Under the pieces are notes generated by a model. It searched no databases, was not told where the DNA came from, and saw nothing but the letters and a program-made list of their open reading frames with translations. A stretch of 64,000 nucleotides of DNA from a virus. The stretch covers positions 1 to 64,000 of IMG/VR virus record IMGVR_UViG_3300027797_000001; one strand, written 5' to 3'. A program made the translations under genes and the position numbers. Positions 27,598-38,111 of the stretch are shown piece after piece (positions within the stretch are counted from its first letter, which is position 1; every line of letters begins with the position of its first letter).

Positions 27598-28842
27598 ATG
27601 GATGAATTAAATAAAGCACTAGGTGAAGACCAAGTGCAAGATTCTACAAAGGTAGAACAAGTAGATGTAAACATTGATGAGATGTTTGGAATGCCAGGAG
27701 CAGAAAATGTAATGCTTCCAGCAGATGAAGAAAAACCCAAGTCCATGTTCTCTAAAGAAAATGTAGACACAACGTTCCTTGACAAGCCTACTTCTAAAGA
27801 AGAAGTAGCAAAGAAAGAAGAAGTAGAAGAAACTATTGCTGAGTTAGACAATCTAATTACTCAGGAAGAGGATGCTGGTAATAAAGGCAGACCAAAGGTT
27901 GATAAATCAGGTCTTGCTGAACTAGCATCTAAAATGATTGAGGAAGGAGCTTTAGTACCTTTTGATGATGATAAGCCATTAGAAGAATATACTACAAAAG
28001 ATTTCCGTGAACTGTTTGAAGCTAACTTCCAAGAAAGAGAAAATGCAGTAAGAGAAAATACTCCAAAAGAGTTTTTCCAAGCATTGCCTGAAGAACTTCA
28101 AGTTGCAGCTAAATATGTAGCTGATGGTGGGCAAGATTTAAAAGGTTTATTTAGAACTCTTGCACAAGTAGAAGAGATGTATGATCTTGACACATCAAAT
28201 GAATATGATCAAGCAGAAATTGCAAGACAATATTTATATGCTACACAATTTGGAACACCAGAAGAAATTGAATCAGAGGTTCAAGAATGGCATGAAATGG
28301 GAAGACTTCAACAAAAGGCTGAACAATTTAAGCCAAAGTTGGATAGAATGCAAGAGGAGATTGTAGCAAGAAAGCTTGCAGAACAAGAATACAAAAAAGA
28401 ACAACAGGCTTCACAAGCTAAAGCTTATCAAGATAGTGTTTATAATACACTTTCTGTAGGTGAATTAGGAGGTTTGAAGTTAGATAGAAAAGTTCAAAGT
28501 CTTTTATTCTCAGGATTAGTTCAACCTAACTACCCTTCTATTTCTGGTAAACCTACAAACTTACTTGGACACTTATTAGAGAAGTATCAGTTTGTAGAAC
28601 CAAGACACGATCTTATTGCAGAAGCACTTTGGTTACTTGCAGATCCAGATGGATACAAAACCAAAATTAAAGATCAAGGTGGAAAACAAGCTGTAGAAAA
28701 AACAGTAAGGCAATTGAAAACAGAACAATCTAGAAAATTAACTTCTTCAGTTAATGATGATAGAGAGTATGATAATAAAACAAAAACTAGTAAACCACAA
28801 AAAACAATATCTAGACAAAATAATATGTTTAGACGATTTTAA
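27598..28842 (+). CDS. putative scaffolding/head assembly protein
   Basis: Acidic N-terminus, helical, between portal and MCP. Confidence 0.7.
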   Translation: MDELNKALGEDQVQDSTKVEQVDVNIDEMFGMPGAENVMLPADEEKPKSMFSKENVDTTFLDKPTSKEEVAKKEEVEETIAELDNLITQEEDAGNKGRPKVDKSGLAELASKMIEEGALVPFDDDKPLEEYTTKDFRELFEANFQERENAVRENTPKEFFQALPEELQVAAKYVADGGQDLKGLFRTLAQVEEMYDLDTSNEYDQAEIARQYLYATQFGTPEEIESEVQEWHEMGRLQQKAEQFKPKLDRMQEEIVARKLAEQEYKKEQQASQAKAYQDSVYNTLSVGELGGLKLDRKVQSLLFSGLVQPNYPSISGKPTNLLGHLLEKYQFVEPRHDLIAEALWLLADPDGYKTKIKDQGGKQAVEKTVRQLKTEQSRKLTSSVNDDREYDNKTKTSKPQKTISRQNNMFRRF

Positions 28843-28870
28843 TTAAGTAACAAATAAAACAAATATAAAA

Positions 28871-30490
28871 ATGGCAACTCCAATTTTAAACAATGGGATA
28901 TTCCTAAGAGACACAGCCTACCAAGCGTCATCGCATGTAGACTCTTATCACTTAGTGAATATGCTAAAAGATGCTGAACCTATGGATTTAGGTCCAGTTG
29001 ACCTTTGGGCTATGGCTCAAAAAGTAGAAATGCCGCTTTACCAGCTTTCTAGCTTTGGTGGCAAAAATGTAATTATGGTTGATAATGCTCGTGGAGAGTA
29101 TAAGTGGCAGACTCCTGTCTCTACAGATCTTCCATATGTAATTGAAGACATTGAGCCAATGAATGACTTCAAAGGAGTAGATGGTTCTACTTTTAGAATT
29201 AAATTAAGCCGCAGAGAATTTGGACATGGTGATATCATCACTTATGACAAATACAATGGGGTTGAGATGTACATTACAGATGAGGATATCCTTACAATAG
29301 GTGATGGTTATATTTACACAGTTCAACTTGTAAACAATGACAACACAAGATTCTTGGATAACAGATTCTTAGCTAATGGAACAAGAATGTTCAGAAAAGG
29401 TTCTGCAAGAGGTGAGTATGGTGAAAGATTCTCTGACATCATTACACAAGCTGGTTTCCGTGAATACTATAACTTTGTTGGTGGTGCAGAAGCTCACGTA
29501 CATTATTCTATCTCTTCTAGAGCAGACTTAATGATCAAAGGTGGTATGAATGCAGATGGTACAGTTCCTGTAACTGAGATCTGGAGAACATTTGACAAAA
29601 ACACTTTAGACCCATCAATCACATCTTTAGAAGATATGGTTAAAGTTATGGGTAAAGATGCTGTTAAGAAAGCATTTGATAACGGAGATTTGTCTAGAAC
29701 TTTCTTGACAAACATGGAAGCAGCTCACCTTTCTAAAATTGCAACTGACATTGAGACTTACTTAATGTGGGGACAAGGAGGTAGAGTTAAGCAAGATGGT
29801 CCAGATGATATTAGATTATCTGTTGGACTTTGGCAACAGTTGAACAATGCGTTCAAAAGAGTATACAATAAGAATAACTTTACTCTTGACTTATTCCGTG
29901 GAGAAATCTATAACTTTTTCAATGGTAAAGTTGAGTTCCAAGGACCAGATCCAAAAAGAGCTCTTATTGTACAAACTGGTATGGGTGGTATGCGTATGGT
30001 TAATGAAGCCATTAGACAAGAAGCTATTGCATCAGGTTTGTTAATTCAGGCTGCTGATATTGGTGCTATCACTGGTAAAGGTATGGACTTGAACTTTGGA
30101 TTTGCTTATACTTCATATGTAATTCCATTCTTGGCAAATGTTAAGTTTGTTCTTAACCCAGCATTTGACAATGTTCATACAAATGATATTGAGAACCCAA
30201 TCATTGATGGTTTCCCATTATCTTCTTATAGCTATATCATCTTTGATATCACTGATAACACTAATGATAACATCTTTATGTTGAAACTTTCTTGGGATAA
30301 CCAATTGAAGTGGTGGTATCAAAATGGTACTATGGACTACATGGGTAGAACTCAAGGGTTCCAGTCTTCTGGACAATTCAACGGGTACCGTGTGATGATG
30401 TCTCAAACAATGCCAGCTATTTGGGTAAAAGACCCAACTAAAGTCTTGAAAATTGTTATGAGAAACCCAATCACCGGAGGCTCTCTATAA
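28871..30490 (+). CDS. major capsid protein (crAss-like HK97 fold)
   Basis: 539 aa, position after portal/scaffold, followed by strong terminator; ETYLMWG..G, GL..Q, V.TG.GG motifs. Confidence 0.88.
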   Translation: MATPILNNGIFLRDTAYQASSHVDSYHLVNMLKDAEPMDLGPVDLWAMAQKVEMPLYQLSSFGGKNVIMVDNARGEYKWQTPVSTDLPYVIEDIEPMNDFKGVDGSTFRIKLSRREFGHGDIITYDKYNGVEMYITDEDILTIGDGYIYTVQLVNNDNTRFLDNRFLANGTRMFRKGSARGEYGERFSDIITQAGFREYYNFVGGAEAHVHYSISSRADLMIKGGMNADGTVPVTEIWRTFDKNTLDPSITSLEDMVKVMGKDAVKKAFDNGDLSRTFLTNMEAAHLSKIATDIETYLMWGQGGRVKQDGPDDIRLSVGLWQQLNNAFKRVYNKNNFTLDLFRGEIYNFFNGKVEFQGPDPKRALIVQTGMGGMRMVNEAIRQEAIASGLLIQAADIGAITGKGMDLNFGFAYTSYVIPFLANVKFVLNPAFDNVHTNDIENPIIDGFPLSSYSYIIFDITDNTNDNIFMLKLSWDNQLKWWYQNGTMDYMGRTQGFQSSGQFNGYRVMMSQTMPAIWVKDPTKVLKIVMRNPITGGSL

Positions 30491-30503
30491 TAGATCAGAG
30501 TAT

Positions 30504-30532
30504 GAGAGGGAGTGTAAAAGCTCCCTCTTTTT
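30504..30532 (+). terminator. intrinsic terminator after MCP
   Basis: AGAGGGAG/CTCCCTCT followed by TTTT. Confidence 0.85.
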
Positions 30533-30565
30533 ACTTATTTTTTAAAATTTAAAACCAACAAAAAA

Positions 30566-31591
30566 ATGGAAAGTACAGGATTTACAATGGTGGAAATTAA
30601 TAAAGCTGCCACCGCAAGAAAAACAGCTATTGCTATTAGACCGTTCTTTGATAAAAATGCTTCTAACATGGGGCTAGAAATTTATGATCAAGTATTGTTT
30701 GATGGTGTAAAACATCAAGAACAATTATGTTGCTTAGAGGTTAATGGAGTAATTAGATATGTAACAGGTTTAAATGAATTTGCACCTGAGATTAAACTAC
30801 TACCAGCTGATCAAAGAGAAGCTAAGATTAGAGAAATCAGAACTGCTATTGCTGAACTAGAAAGAGAATTAGCAGCAAATGTTATTGATGTTGAAGATAA
30901 AGATTTTTGGAATAAAGTAAAGTTACTTACTCCAAATAATAAAGATTTCTGGAATAAGATAGAATTAAAATGTGGTAATGAGCCAGTTTATCTTGATCCA
31001 AAAGATCCTTTTGATAGAATTAAACTTTATGCTATTGAGGCTGGAGGATTTTCAATTGTTGCAAAAAGTTTTGAAGATGCACGATCAAAATCTAAACCAC
31101 CAAAGTTTTATTTAGATAAAGAAGAAGAAACTGTAATGGTCAGAACTGAGTATAAGAAAATGCGTAATAAAGCACTTTCTGAATTACAGAAGTTATTTGA
31201 CAAGAACAGTACAAAACTATTCTATGTTGCTAAAGTAGTAGATATTAATAGCACACAGTATAGAAAATCCACTCCAAATGATGTCATTTATGAAAATATG
31301 GACATGTACATAAATGGTGAAGGAGGAGAAAGCAACAAGGAAAGAGCAGCTAAATCTTTCATGGATGCAGTAAATATGGATATGGAAACACTAAAAATTA
31401 AATCAGTTGTTCGTGATTCCGTATTTTTTAAGTATATTATTAGTAAGGCAGATGGATACATTTACCATGCTAAGTCTAATAGTTTACTTGGTAGAAATGT
31501 ATCAGATGTTGTAGAGTATTTTAAGAACCCTTTAAATGAGGATATTCTTAAAGATGTTACAGCTTCTGTTGAAAAACTATGGAACTCGTAA
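30566..31591 (+). CDS. conserved crAss-like morphogenesis-module protein
   Basis: 341 aa directly after MCP; C-terminal LG.......YF.NP.N..I. Confidence 0.75.
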   Translation: MESTGFTMVEINKAATARKTAIAIRPFFDKNASNMGLEIYDQVLFDGVKHQEQLCCLEVNGVIRYVTGLNEFAPEIKLLPADQREAKIREIRTAIAELERELAANVIDVEDKDFWNKVKLLTPNNKDFWNKIELKCGNEPVYLDPKDPFDRIKLYAIEAGGFSIVAKSFEDARSKSKPPKFYLDKEEETVMVRTEYKKMRNKALSELQKLFDKNSTKLFYVAKVVDINSTQYRKSTPNDVIYENMDMYINGEGGESNKERAAKSFMDAVNMDMETLKIKSVVRDSVFFKYIISKADGYIYHAKSNSLLGRNVSDVVEYFKNPLNEDILKDVTASVEKLWNS

Positions 31592-31604
31592 ATATTAAAA
31601 TAAA

Positions 31605-32105
31605 ATGAAAACAAAAAAAATGCAAGATGGTGGACCTATTGATGCAATGCGTAAACAGATGGGACAAAAAAAACCATCTTTAAAGAAAACACTTAAATAT
31701 GTGAAAAAACATGGTTCAGGTTATAATCCACCAAGTGAAGCACCTAAAATGCAAGATGGTGGACGCACAATTAGTGAAAAAGCTGCTGCAAGAAAAGTTG
31801 CAAAAGGTAAAGGAACAATTAGTAAATCATACCCATCTGGACCAGAAGAAAAAGGATCATATATTGGATATAGCAAAGAAGCTAAAAAATCTGATAGTCC
31901 TTTTAAATCTATGAAAGATTCTAAACCTGCAAGACCAATTATGAAGACAGGTGGTATGGTTAATTCTAATGCAAAAGTTTCTGCATTAAAAGTTGCTGGT
32001 ACTAAAGGTACAAAGTCTGGAGTTAACTCTAAAGTCTCTGCATCTAAAGTAGCTAAAGGGCGTTCAGGTGGTGTATCTAAAGCTCCTAAAAAAGCAAACC
32101 CATAA
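31605..32105 (+). CDS. Lys-rich protein with MxxGG motifs
   Basis: MQDGG x2, MKTGG. Confidence 0.8.
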   Translation: MKTKKMQDGGPIDAMRKQMGQKKPSLKKTLKYVKKHGSGYNPPSEAPKMQDGGRTISEKAAARKVAKGKGTISKSYPSGPEEKGSYIGYSKEAKKSDSPFKSMKDSKPARPIMKTGGMVNSNAKVSALKVAGTKGTKSGVNSKVSASKVAKGRSGGVSKAPKKANP

Positions 32106-32443
32106 TGCCAAAGGATTCTTGCTATCATAGTGTAAAAGCACGGTATGCTGTGTTCCCTTCTGCAAGAGCTTCACAAGCTATTGCTAAATGTAGGAAAGGT
32201 TCTGGTACTGTTAGAAAAACTAAAGCTGGAACAGACTTAAAAAGATGGCAAGCAGAAAAATGGCAAGATACTAAATCAGGAAAAGCTTGTGGTGCCGGTG
32301 GTAAGAATGAATACTGCCGGCCTACAAAAAGAGTATCTAAGGATACACCAAAAACGAAGTATGAACTAACTCCTTCTAAACTAGCTGCTAAGAAAGCTGA
32401 GAAGTCAAGAGTAGGTATGGGAAGTAGAGTTAAAAAAGCATAG
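32105..32443 (+). CDS. small basic phage protein
   Basis: FPSARAS..IAKCR, LKRWQAEKW, YCRP.KRVS..TPKT. Confidence 0.8.
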   Translation: MPKDSCYHSVKARYAVFPSARASQAIAKCRKGSGTVRKTKAGTDLKRWQAEKWQDTKSGKACGAGGKNEYCRPTKRVSKDTPKTKYELTPSKLAAKKAEKSRVGMGSRVKKA

Positions 32444-32445
32444 TT

Positions 32446-32688
32446 ATGGCAATTAGAAAAACAACTACAAAAAAAGCACCAGCTAAGAAGTCAACTTCTT
32501 CAGTTGGTATTTCTATTTTAGGTGGTAATAAAGCAGACATGAGAAAATGGGAAATTGAATCTGCTATGTCTACATTACAAAGAGCTTCTGAGATTCAGAA
32601 GAATGCTAAGCTCATGAATGATGTTAAGAAGATGGCTGCTGAAAAAGCAAAAGAATTCAATAGCATTGCCGCTGGTAAAAAGTTTTAA
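32446..32688 (+). CDS. small basic protein
   Basis: KWEIESAMSTL.RA.EI.K helical motif. Confidence 0.8.
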   Translation: MAIRKTTTKKAPAKKSTSSVGISILGGNKADMRKWEIESAMSTLQRASEIQKNAKLMNDVKKMAAEKAKEFNSIAAGKKF

Positions 32689-32690
32689 TC

Positions 32691-32951
32691 ATGGCACAGG
32701 CAAAAGCAAAGAAAGTAAAAGTTACTGCCGGTGGAGAAAAACATGTAGTCTATAAAAAGACTACAAAAAAAGGTGAAGGAAAGGTTGGCAATATAATGGT
32801 TAACCATCCCACAAAAGATAAAGGTCAGTGGGATACAATAGATCTTACTGCAAAAGGTAGAGCTAAGACAATTAAACAAGGAGTGGCAGCTACAAAGAAA
32901 TGGCATAAGGACAACCCTTATCCTAAAAATAAAAAGAATGGCAAAAAGTAA
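32691..32951 (+). CDS. small basic protein
   Basis: 86 aa, Lys-rich. Confidence 0.8.
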   Translation: MAQAKAKKVKVTAGGEKHVVYKKTTKKGEGKVGNIMVNHPTKDKGQWDTIDLTAKGRAKTIKQGVAATKKWHKDNPYPKNKKNGKK

Positions 32952-33288
32952 AGCACAACAAGCAGCAATTGCTATCTCTATGAAGAAAGCTGGTAAAACT
33001 CCTAAGATGAAATCTGGTGGTTCTACTCCTGCTTGGACACGTAAAGAAGGTAAGAATCCAGAAGGAGGTCTTAATGCTAAAGGAGTAGCTTCTTATAGAG
33101 CAGCTAATCCTGGAAGTAAACTTCAGACAGCTGTAACTACTAAGCCGTCAAAGCTTAAGCCTGGTAGCAAAGATGCAAAGAGACGTAAAAGTTTCTGTGC
33201 TAGAATGTCTGGAATGCCTGGACCAATGAAAGATGAAAAAGGAAGACCAACTAGAAAAGCTCTTTCTTTAAGAAAATGGAATTGTTAA
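32938..33288 (+). CDS. small basic phage protein (DUF6321-like)
   Basis: MKSGG then PAWTRKEGKNPEGGLN.KG...RRKSFCARM...LRKWNC. Confidence 0.8.
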   Translation: MAKSKAQQAAIAISMKKAGKTPKMKSGGSTPAWTRKEGKNPEGGLNAKGVASYRAANPGSKLQTAVTTKPSKLKPGSKDAKRRKSFCARMSGMPGPMKDEKGRPTRKALSLRKWNC

Positions 33289-33304
33289 CTTATTATATAT
33301 AATT

Positions 33305-34159
33305 ATGAAAACTTGTAAAGTAGGTTGTGGTAAGATGAAATCTGGGGGCACAATCAAGAAAGTAAAAAAGATGGCTAAAGGTGGTGCCGCAGACTATAAT
33401 TATGGTATTCCATTAAATGGTTTACCAATGCGCCCTACTAATGGTAACACAGATATTTCTAAAAATCAAATGGGAACTAACCCTACCATGAAAAAAGGTG
33501 GCACCATGAAAAAAATGCAAAATGGTGGTCCTAATAACCTAAAAAAAAAAATAGGAAGATTAGAAAATAAAAAAGAAAGACTTGCAAATAAACGTTCAAG
33601 AGCCAGCTCTATAAGTAGGAACTTTCAAGGGGATCCTGATACTTTAAGTAAAGTTGTTGATAATGCTCTTCAGAAAAGAGCTATTAATGTAATGGAAAAA
33701 GTTTCAAATAAACGAGAAATGATTAATAAAAAAATTAAAGAACTAAAATCTTCAAATGCTTCATCAAGTATGAAAAAAATGGCAAAAGGTGGTGCTAAGA
33801 AAACTTTAATTAAAGCTCAAGCTGGACGTTCAATAGTCAATCCTAAAGAAATGTCTGATAAAATCAGAAGAGGACCAGGAATGCCACCTCCGACACCATT
33901 TGGTAAAGTTGATTCAGGTCCAATGGTAAATACAAGAGTTGATTCAGGTCCAACGATGAACCCATATTCTTCTACAAAAGAAGCTAAACTTCCTATTTCT
34001 GGACCTTCTTTTAAGAAGGGTGGTTCTACTTCCTTTGGTATGTTATCAGTTAAAGCTGGTGTAGATAAAAATCCTAAAGCAACTGCAGCAGATAGAATTG
34101 CTGGTGCAAAGATGAGTAAGAAACAAATGGGTGGTATGACAAAATCTAAAAAGAAGTAA
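33305..34159 (+). CDS. Lys-rich multi-xxGG-motif protein
   Basis: MKSGG, MAKGG, MKKGG, MQNGG, MAKGG, FKKGG, KQMGG. Confidence 0.8.
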   Translation: MKTCKVGCGKMKSGGTIKKVKKMAKGGAADYNYGIPLNGLPMRPTNGNTDISKNQMGTNPTMKKGGTMKKMQNGGPNNLKKKIGRLENKKERLANKRSRASSISRNFQGDPDTLSKVVDNALQKRAINVMEKVSNKREMINKKIKELKSSNASSSMKKMAKGGAKKTLIKAQAGRSIVNPKEMSDKIRRGPGMPPPTPFGKVDSGPMVNTRVDSGPTMNPYSSTKEAKLPISGPSFKKGGSTSFGMLSVKAGVDKNPKATAADRIAGAKMSKKQMGGMTKSKKK

Positions 34160-34203
34160 TCATGTGTAGCTGCAGAAATAAAGGTAAAGTTAAAAAGTAA
34201 GTC

Positions 34204-34488
34204 ATGGCAACTAAGAAGGCTACTGCAAAATTTGGTGCATCTGTAAAAGTGCAAAGAGGATATCCTGGAAAAATTAGATCTGCTAAAGATCAGGGATATA
34301 CTCCTGTGGGAGAAAGAGAACCTGACAGAACTAAGTTTAAAAAAGGTGGATCAACTGATAAAAAGTGGATTCAAAAAGCAATTAATCCTGCACATAAAGG
34401 ATATTGTACTCCTATGACTAAAGCTACTTGCACTCCTAAAAGAAAAGCTCTTGCTAAGACCTTAAAGAAAATTGCTAAAAATAAATAG
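34204..34488 (+). CDS. small basic protein
   Basis: FKKGG then KKWIQKAINPAHKG...LAKTLKK. Confidence 0.8.
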   Translation: MATKKATAKFGASVKVQRGYPGKIRSAKDQGYTPVGEREPDRTKFKKGGSTDKKWIQKAINPAHKGYCTPMTKATCTPKRKALAKTLKKIAKNK

Positions 34489-34490
34489 TA

Positions 34491-35192
34491 ATGTTAAATA
34501 GTACTATAACTGTAAAGATTAAACAAAGGCTAAATAAATTAGATAGTCAAGACTATGACAACTTAGAATGTTGGCAGATAGTTGAGGCATTTAATAAAGC
34601 CCAAGTAGAGTGGTCTAGAAGACAGTTGCATGGTATTAATATAACTAAAGAAGGTGATGAGCAATCAACCCGGAGAAAAGATGACCTACAAGTTCTTCTT
34701 AATAAAACTGCCATAACTAATTTAACGGATAAAGGAGACTATTCTTTCTTAGCTATTCCTAATAACTATTTACAATGGAAAAGAGTAGATGTATTTGCAC
34801 AAAGAGACTGTTGCGATAAAAGAAGAATGGTAATCTATCTTGCAGAAGAAGGTAATGTATCCATACTGCTGAGAGATAAATTAAAACAACCCAGTTTTGA
34901 ATGGGCAGAAACATTTGCAACATTAATTGATGATGGTATAAATATTTATACAAATAATCAATTTAATATTCCTGAAGTTGAATTAACCTATTACAGACAA
35001 CCTATTAAGATTCAAATCCAGGGTTGTGTAGATCCCTATACAAATTTACAATCTCAAGTAAATGTGGAATGTGAATTTAAAGATGATATAATTGAAGTAA
35101 TAATTGATGAAGCAGTTAGTATTATAGCTGGGGATATTGAGTCTGGAAACCAATTCTCTAGAGGTACAGAAACTGCAGAACGTAACAACTAA
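34491..35192 (+). CDS. tail ring/adaptor (tubular) protein
   Basis: FNKAQ..W, LTYYRQP, CEF....E.IIDEAV pattern of crAss-like ring proteins. Confidence 0.7.
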   Translation: MLNSTITVKIKQRLNKLDSQDYDNLECWQIVEAFNKAQVEWSRRQLHGINITKEGDEQSTRRKDDLQVLLNKTAITNLTDKGDYSFLAIPNNYLQWKRVDVFAQRDCCDKRRMVIYLAEEGNVSILLRDKLKQPSFEWAETFATLIDDGINIYTNNQFNIPEVELTYYRQPIKIQIQGCVDPYTNLQSQVNVECEFKDDIIEVIIDEAVSIIAGDIESGNQFSRGTETAERNN

Positions 35193-35194
35193 TA

Positions 35195-35713
35195 ATGGAA
35201 ACAAAATCTAGACTTTTAAAAAGAAATCCTGAGCCTACTAGAACATTGAGTAGACCACAGGTAACAGTAACTCAACCTAAATCAGAACCTTCAAAACCAC
35301 AACCAACTCCTGACACTGGGGTGGGTGGTAGCTCATTAGATAACATGGTATCTTCTTGTGCTAGTGAATTAATGAATGCAAGAACAAGTTTTCATAAACT
35401 TCATTTAAAAGTAACAGGAGAAGGATCTTATGCGGCACATAAAGCATTAAATGAATTATATGATGCATTACCTGATCATGCAGACACTCTTGTAGAAGGA
35501 TATCAAGGAGCGGCAGAGAAAATTCTTTCATACAAAGAAGTGTCACCAAGAACTCTTGATACTGTAGCAGATGGTGTAAATTATCTTAGAGATATTTATG
35601 CAATGATAAATAAACTACAAGGTATGCTACCTTATTCTGAAATTGTAAACAACTTAGATTTAGTAAAAGATTCAATTAATTCTACTAAGTATAAATTACT
35701 TTTCCTAAAATAA
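35195..35713 (+). CDS. ferritin/Dps-like protein (DUF5856-like)
   Basis: H.LHL....SYAAHKALNELYD......D.LVE.YQG, KYKL.FLK. Confidence 0.8.
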   Translation: METKSRLLKRNPEPTRTLSRPQVTVTQPKSEPSKPQPTPDTGVGGSSLDNMVSSCASELMNARTSFHKLHLKVTGEGSYAAHKALNELYDALPDHADTLVEGYQGAAEKILSYKEVSPRTLDTVADGVNYLRDIYAMINKLQGMLPYSEIVNNLDLVKDSINSTKYKLLFLK

Positions 35714-35777
35714 TTTTGATATTGTAAATATTTTTACTATATTATACTATATATATGTTTAACTAAAATTTAAAAAA

Positions 35778-37445
35778 ATGGCTTATTTTAATCACGCGTT
35801 TAAGAAAACGTTTCTTGCTACAGGAGCTACAATTGCTTCTGTTCCAATCACAAATCCTGCAGGTGGGTCTTTAGGTAATGCTGCTGCAACTGGTGGTTAC
35901 ATGACTACTGCTAGTTTACCTACTTATGCATTAAATCAAATTGCTGCAGCATCTACTCTAGTTAATGGTAGTTACGAAAACAACTATGTTGCTTTTTTTG
36001 ATCCTAGAACTAGTTTATCTGTTAATCCTTCTACATTAACTGACTGTTGTCCTCTTTATCTTGCAGGTTCTGCTATCTATTGTAAAGATAAAATTAGTCC
36101 TTTCTTAGGTGGGTACCAAGAGACAAACAAGTCTAAAGTTATCAATCCTAAATATGTTTCTAGATATTATAGTGTAGGTTCTTGCCCTCCATCTAATAAC
36201 GTAGTACACGTTGGTTCAACTTACTGGACTGCAGGTACTGCTGTTGCTACATTGGATGCTACAACTTTAGTTGGTGGTACTACTTATACTAATGGTACTA
36301 TTTGTTCTGTAACAGGTGGTACAGGTGAAGGTCTTGTAGTTCAAGTAACTACAGCTGGTGTACCTGGTCCTGTAGTTGCTGTAACAATTGTTTCTCCAGG
36401 GAAAGGATATTCTATTGGTGATACAGTAACTATTGCATGTGGAACTGGTGATGCTACTATTGATGTAGATACATTAATTCCTGCTGGAGTTGATCCATTA
36501 ACAGGAGCTGGTGGTGCATCTTGTTGCAAAGAGTTCTTATGTGGTGAGACTTACAGTCTACGTTTAGATGTTAAAGGTTCTCCTGCTTTAAGATTCTTAG
36601 ATCACAATGCTTACTATATTGCTACAGCTTATACTGGATGTTGTCCTGCAGGAGCTATTGCTCCAGTTGCAGTTGATTCAACTGAAGTTATGATCCTTTG
36701 GGCTAATGATTTATTAAATTCTCCAATTGTATCTCCATTTATTCAGATTGCAGTACAAGATGAGATGGGTGTTATCTGGTATGCTCCAGGAACAAATGCT
36801 ACTTTCTTAGCTTCAGTAGGTGCTGATACTTGGAATAACTATGTATCTCCGGGACATACAGCTAATGCTTGTGCTGGTTTAATCATCAATGGTGCTTATG
36901 TAGATACTAGATTTGGAGATTGTACTTTCCAAATTTCTGACTTCTATGAAAAACAACCAGTTAATTTATATCCAAGTGAAGTAGATTTAAATGGTGATCC
37001 ATGTGAGTTTACAGGAGTTTGTATTGTTAATGAGTGTTTAGGATCTCAAGCAATGGGTCTTGGAGAAACTGTTCTTAGAGATATCATTCTTTCTGAGTCT
37101 TACAGACAAAACTTCTTCTCTTCTGACTTCAGAATCCGGGAGATTACTCAAGGTAACCAAATTGTAAATGCTGTTAACAGACAAGCACTTTACTATAGAA
37201 ACTATATTCAACACAGCGTACCTAGATTTAACAATCCATCTGGAACATTTGATAATGATCAATACTTGTTAGAAGTTATCTTTACTAATGCTGGTACTGC
37301 AGCTGCATTTGAATTTAATACTACAACGTGGTTAAATAACTGTGGAGTATGTGAAATTGAAGTTGGTGCTATTGACGGATTTAACTGCTTGTCTACTTGT
37401 ACAGCAATTGAATTCCCTGTTCTTCCAGCTCAGTGTGGATTCTAA
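35778..37445 (+). CDS. virion structural protein (auxiliary capsid-type)
   Basis: 555 aa, own promoter and terminator; H...R.NNP...FD.DQY C-terminus; Cys pairs. Confidence 0.7.
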   Translation: MAYFNHAFKKTFLATGATIASVPITNPAGGSLGNAAATGGYMTTASLPTYALNQIAAASTLVNGSYENNYVAFFDPRTSLSVNPSTLTDCCPLYLAGSAIYCKDKISPFLGGYQETNKSKVINPKYVSRYYSVGSCPPSNNVVHVGSTYWTAGTAVATLDATTLVGGTTYTNGTICSVTGGTGEGLVVQVTTAGVPGPVVAVTIVSPGKGYSIGDTVTIACGTGDATIDVDTLIPAGVDPLTGAGGASCCKEFLCGETYSLRLDVKGSPALRFLDHNAYYIATAYTGCCPAGAIAPVAVDSTEVMILWANDLLNSPIVSPFIQIAVQDEMGVIWYAPGTNATFLASVGADTWNNYVSPGHTANACAGLIINGAYVDTRFGDCTFQISDFYEKQPVNLYPSEVDLNGDPCEFTGVCIVNECLGSQAMGLGETVLRDIILSESYRQNFFSSDFRIREITQGNQIVNAVNRQALYYRNYIQHSVPRFNNPSGTFDNDQYLLEVIFTNAGTAAAFEFNTTTWLNNCGVCEIEVGAIDGFNCLSTCTAIEFPVLPAQCGF

Positions 37446-37469
37446 GGATTAAACGTTAATAAATAAATA

Positions 37470-37508
37470 AAGGGGAGAGAGAGTTTATACTCCTCTCCTT
37501 TTTTATTA
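37470..37508 (+). terminator. intrinsic terminator
   Basis: AAGGGGAGAG/CTCCTCTCCTT imperfect stem followed by TTTT. Confidence 0.75.
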
Positions 37509-37520
37509 AAATAAAGCTAT

Positions 37521-38090
37521 ATGGCAAATCATGTATTAAGTTTAGAGGTGCCTCAAGTAATGAATGAATGCATTCTTAAGATACTTGACACAAGTGTATA
37601 TCAAACGGCAAATCCTGCTATTCCAATAGTATGCCCTACACTAAATGTTACAGTACCTGGATTTGGTTATTCTAACCAGATAGAAGGAACTGCTATGACT
37701 AATTTTGTTAATACAGGTCACATAACTTTAACTGCTTGTGATTTACAATTACAGACTGTAAATTGCGGAACTAAGTATTTTAATTTACCTGATGGCATAT
37801 ATATTATAAAATACAGTGTATCTCCAAATGATACTGTATATGTAGAGTATAATCATTTAAGATTTACAGCAGCATTAAATAAATATTACAAGATTCTTTG
37901 TGATGTAGATGTAGCTGCATGTGAGCCTCCATTTAAAATACAACAAAGATTAGAAGAACTTAGATTAATTTTTATGTATCTTCAAGCAGCAAAGTCTAAA
38001 GTAGAGTTTTGTCATGAGCCACAGAAAGGTATGAGCTTATACAACTATGCTGTTAAACTTTTGAATAAAATGGAATGTAGAAATTGTTAA
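37521..38090 (+). CDS. putative tail/structural protein
   Basis: LPDGIYIIKYSV motif; in structural block. Confidence 0.7.
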   Translation: MANHVLSLEVPQVMNECILKILDTSVYQTANPAIPIVCPTLNVTVPGFGYSNQIEGTAMTNFVNTGHITLTACDLQLQTVNCGTKYFNLPDGIYIIKYSVSPNDTVYVEYNHLRFTAALNKYYKILCDVDVAACEPPFKIQQRLEELRLIFMYLQAAKSKVEFCHEPQKGMSLYNYAVKLLNKMECRNC

Positions 38091-38111
38091 ACCAAATAAA
38101 AACCAATAATT

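Noticed and set aside
22556-30490. Introns or inteins in TerL, portal or MCP
   Set aside because: ORFs are continuous, of plausible size, with no intein splice or LAGLIDADG motifs seen
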